Source of the DNA: Octopus sinensis
Taxonomy: Eukaryota
NCBI RefSeq assembly: GCF_006345805.1
Contig: NW_021831732.1
Coordinates: 1 to 34,242 of the forward strand
Length of the DNA: 34,242 nucleotides
Reading direction: 5' to 3'
Below, piece after piece: positions 31,853 through 34,242 of this stretch; position 1 is the stretch's first letter; each line of letters starts with the position of its first letter. The notes below the pieces were generated by a model. It was not told the DNA's origin. It saw only the letters and a program-made list of their open reading frames with translations, and made no database searches. Position numbers and translations under genes: made by a program.

Positions 31853-32396
31853 TATGATGCATGGACACCAATGCCGCTAGGCTCCGGGAAACGTATGAAA
31901 CAAAGATTAATGAAAAGTTTGAATATAAGAAGGGGTGTTTTGGACAAACTTCTGAAAATATTTTGAACAGGCAAAGGGTTGGCTATCACAGAATGGCTCA
32001 CTGTAAAGGCACAGAACTGCTTAACCCTTTGCCTGCCCTGTGTACCACATGATGGTACAAGGGGCATTCCTTTGGCATCCAGACATCATATATGATACAC
32101 AGTCCCTAGTTTTTTCAATCACCAAAGTAAATTGGAACTTATGAAAAGAAGGCTTTATATTGGGGAATTACAACCGTGAGCTCCTTTATAGGATCCAGTT
32201 AGCTCAAGGAGGAACCACGTCTGGTTTCGGCCCCTACTCCTTTACCGTTTTGACATGGCGGGGCTCCACCTTTCGGAGGTGCCTTCAGCTCTGGTGTTGG
32301 GTGCATGTCTTCTTTCTTCTGCTCCCTGGCCTCTTCGATGTATCGTCAACGAGGGTCAGCCGGTGACTGACTGACTTGTCAAATTTTCCCCTTTAA

Positions 32397-32858
32397 CCCT
32401 TTAGCATTTAAACCGGCCATATCCGGTCAAATACTAAGGCGGCGAGCTGGCAGACACGTTAAAGCGCCGGGCGAAATGCTTAGCGGTATTTCATCTGTCG
32501 TTATGTTCTGAGTTCAAATTCCGCCGAGGTCGACTTTGCCTTTCATCCTTTCGGGGTCGATAAATAAAGTACTAGTTTCGCACTGGGGTCGATGTAATCA
32601 ACTTAATCCCTTTGTTTGTCCCCTCTATGTTCAGCCCCTTGTGGGCAATAAAGAAATACATATCCGGCCAAAAGTATTCTGCCTGTTTTATGTTCAAACT
32701 GGCCAGATCTGGTCTCTCACACCAACCCTACAATATCGTTTTAACAATTAACAGCTACCTCATTAGAATCTCATAGCTACAAGATAATGCATGATTAGTT
32801 CAAAACAATGTGGATGAAAATGGATTAATTTTGGCAGAATAATGCGAACACTAAAGGG
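32397..32858. mobile_element. piggyBac-type MITE (second family) with a nested SINE family B (32436-32658)
   Basis: TTAA|CCCTTTAG...CTAAAGGG|TTAA. A related copy at ~26471-27905 hosts the MITE array. Confidence 0.8.
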
Positions 32859-33016
32859 TTAAATACCTGTCACTAAGCTCCAGCAGGCAATACCTGCCGC
32901 TAGGCTCCGGGAAACGTATGAAACAAAGATTAATGAAAAGTCTGAATATAAGAAGGGGTGTTTTGGACAAACTTCTGAAAATGATTTGGACTGGCAAAGG
33001 GTTGGTTCTATCTTAC

Positions 33017-33186
33017 CATTGATGCACATAACACTGGCGTCCTCATTGTGGCCACAGTTGTGTCTGCCCCAACCATGGTGGGAACAATGGAACAAGGAGG
33101 TTTCATTGCCCTGACAGGACACGTCATCCATCCAAATGGCACCACGTCCAGCTCCATAACGGGCTGAGATGAATGCTTGGCCAGAT
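33017..33186 (-). CDS. Exon, C-half of SRCR domain 1: SGQAFISARYGAGRGAIWMDDVSCQGNETSLFHCSHHGWGRHNCGHNEDASVMCIN
   Basis: Acceptor TTTTCTCTTTCTTCCAG, donor G|GTAAGA, phases 2-1. The N-half must lie beyond 34242. Confidence 0.93.
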
Positions 33187-33372
33187 CTGGAAGAAAGAGA
33201 AAATGGGTTTACCAATGTGGGGATTAGGGGTCAGCCAGAAGAAACATCTGGTTTAGAAAACCTGCCTCGATATATTCTTCTGATCTATGCCATACATGTG
33301 TGTTTGTATGTGTGTTGTATATAAAAAGGAAGCTTTGCATTTCTACTAAAACTTCATCTTCATATTCGAGGT

Positions 33373-33536
33373 GTAGGCATGGCTATATGGTTACAGGTGA
33401 CTTCTCAACCACATGGTTCCAAGTTCATCCCTCTTAAGGCAGTGTCTTCTATAGTCTCGGGCTGACCAAACCTTGTGAAGGGATTTAGTAGATAGAAACT
33501 GAAAGAAGCCCACCATGTGTGTTTGTGGTGTGTGTG

Positions 33537-33573
<37 letters not shown>

Positions 33574-34000
33574 CACATATATATATTATATATATATATA
33601 TTATATAATATTTATGTGTGTGTGTATATGTATGTATGTGTATATAATATTTATGTTTGCGTGTATATATGTATATATATATATATATGTATATATATAT
33701 GTATATATATATGTAGTGTATAATAATATTTATTGTGTGTGTATGTATATATGTATATATGTATTTATATATGTATGTATGTGTATATAATATTTATGTG
33801 TGTGTATATATATGTATATATATATGTATATATATATTTATGTATGTATGTATGTGTATATAATATTTATGTGTGTGTATATATATGTATATATATATTT
33901 ATGTATGTATGTATGTATGTGTATATATAAATATGTACGTATGTGTGTGTGTATATATATATATGTATGTATGTGTGTGTATATATATATATATATATAT
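33373..34000 (+). repeat. Partial SINE family A (33373-33513) followed by a (TA/TG)n microsatellite field
   Basis: Dinucleotide and tetranucleotide repeats, the source of the poly-IY/VC ORFs. Confidence 0.9.
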
Positions 34001-34242
34001 ACAATCTATTTCCGCATATGTGGCGACGTTTAGATAAAATGAGGTCAAAATTTGCAAAACTTTCCAGGAATTTATCTCATAGCTGTAGTGTAAGATGACT
34101 TCTAAATTACACATCTGTGTGCAGGCTAGCTTTAGAAATATTAGTCATGTAAAGATGCTATTACAAATGTCTTTTTCTACTTACTATATCCTTAGAAATT
34201 AAAACAAACGAAATAACAAATCTGTTTCTGTGTTTGTTTTTT

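Noticed and set aside
23362-34114. ORFs rich in IY/YI/VC/HT repeats (also 15924-16374)
   Set aside because: These are translations of (TA)n, (TG)n and (CA)n microsatellites, with no domain content or splice support.

Overview
Eukaryotic, AT-rich, repeat-dense genomic DNA, probably from a coleoid cephalopod (Octopus-like; inferred from the SINE/RTE repeat families, not database-checked). One strand (minus) carries seven exons with canonical GT-AG sites and compatible intron phases. Three exons encode the C-half of one and the whole of a second group-A SRCR domain (33186-33017, 30481-30337, 29334-29166). Four phase-1 exons encode two tandem non-canonical Ig-like domains, each split into a micro-exon plus a ~250-nt exon (8932-8876, 6471-6226, 5456-5418, 3218-2970). 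SRCR2 ends at an in-frame UAG (29168-29166), but the frame stays open for 9 more codons to a phase-1 donor that fits the Ig exons. This means either two genes, a nonsense allele, or one SRCR-Ig receptor gated by readthrough or A-to-I editing. The introns hold a 5'-truncated RTE LINE with one frameshift and a PHD-type finger inside the RT, several tRNA-derived SINE families, hAT, piggyBac, mariner, Merlin-like and Helitron non-autonomous elements, two MITE-derived tandem arrays and three long fold-backs. They also hold three minimal type-I hammerhead ribozyme motifs, two of them embedded in near-perfect inverted repeats. Most ORFs in the supplied track are repeat or microsatellite artefacts. 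All calls come from reading the sequence by eye; no search or folding program was run.
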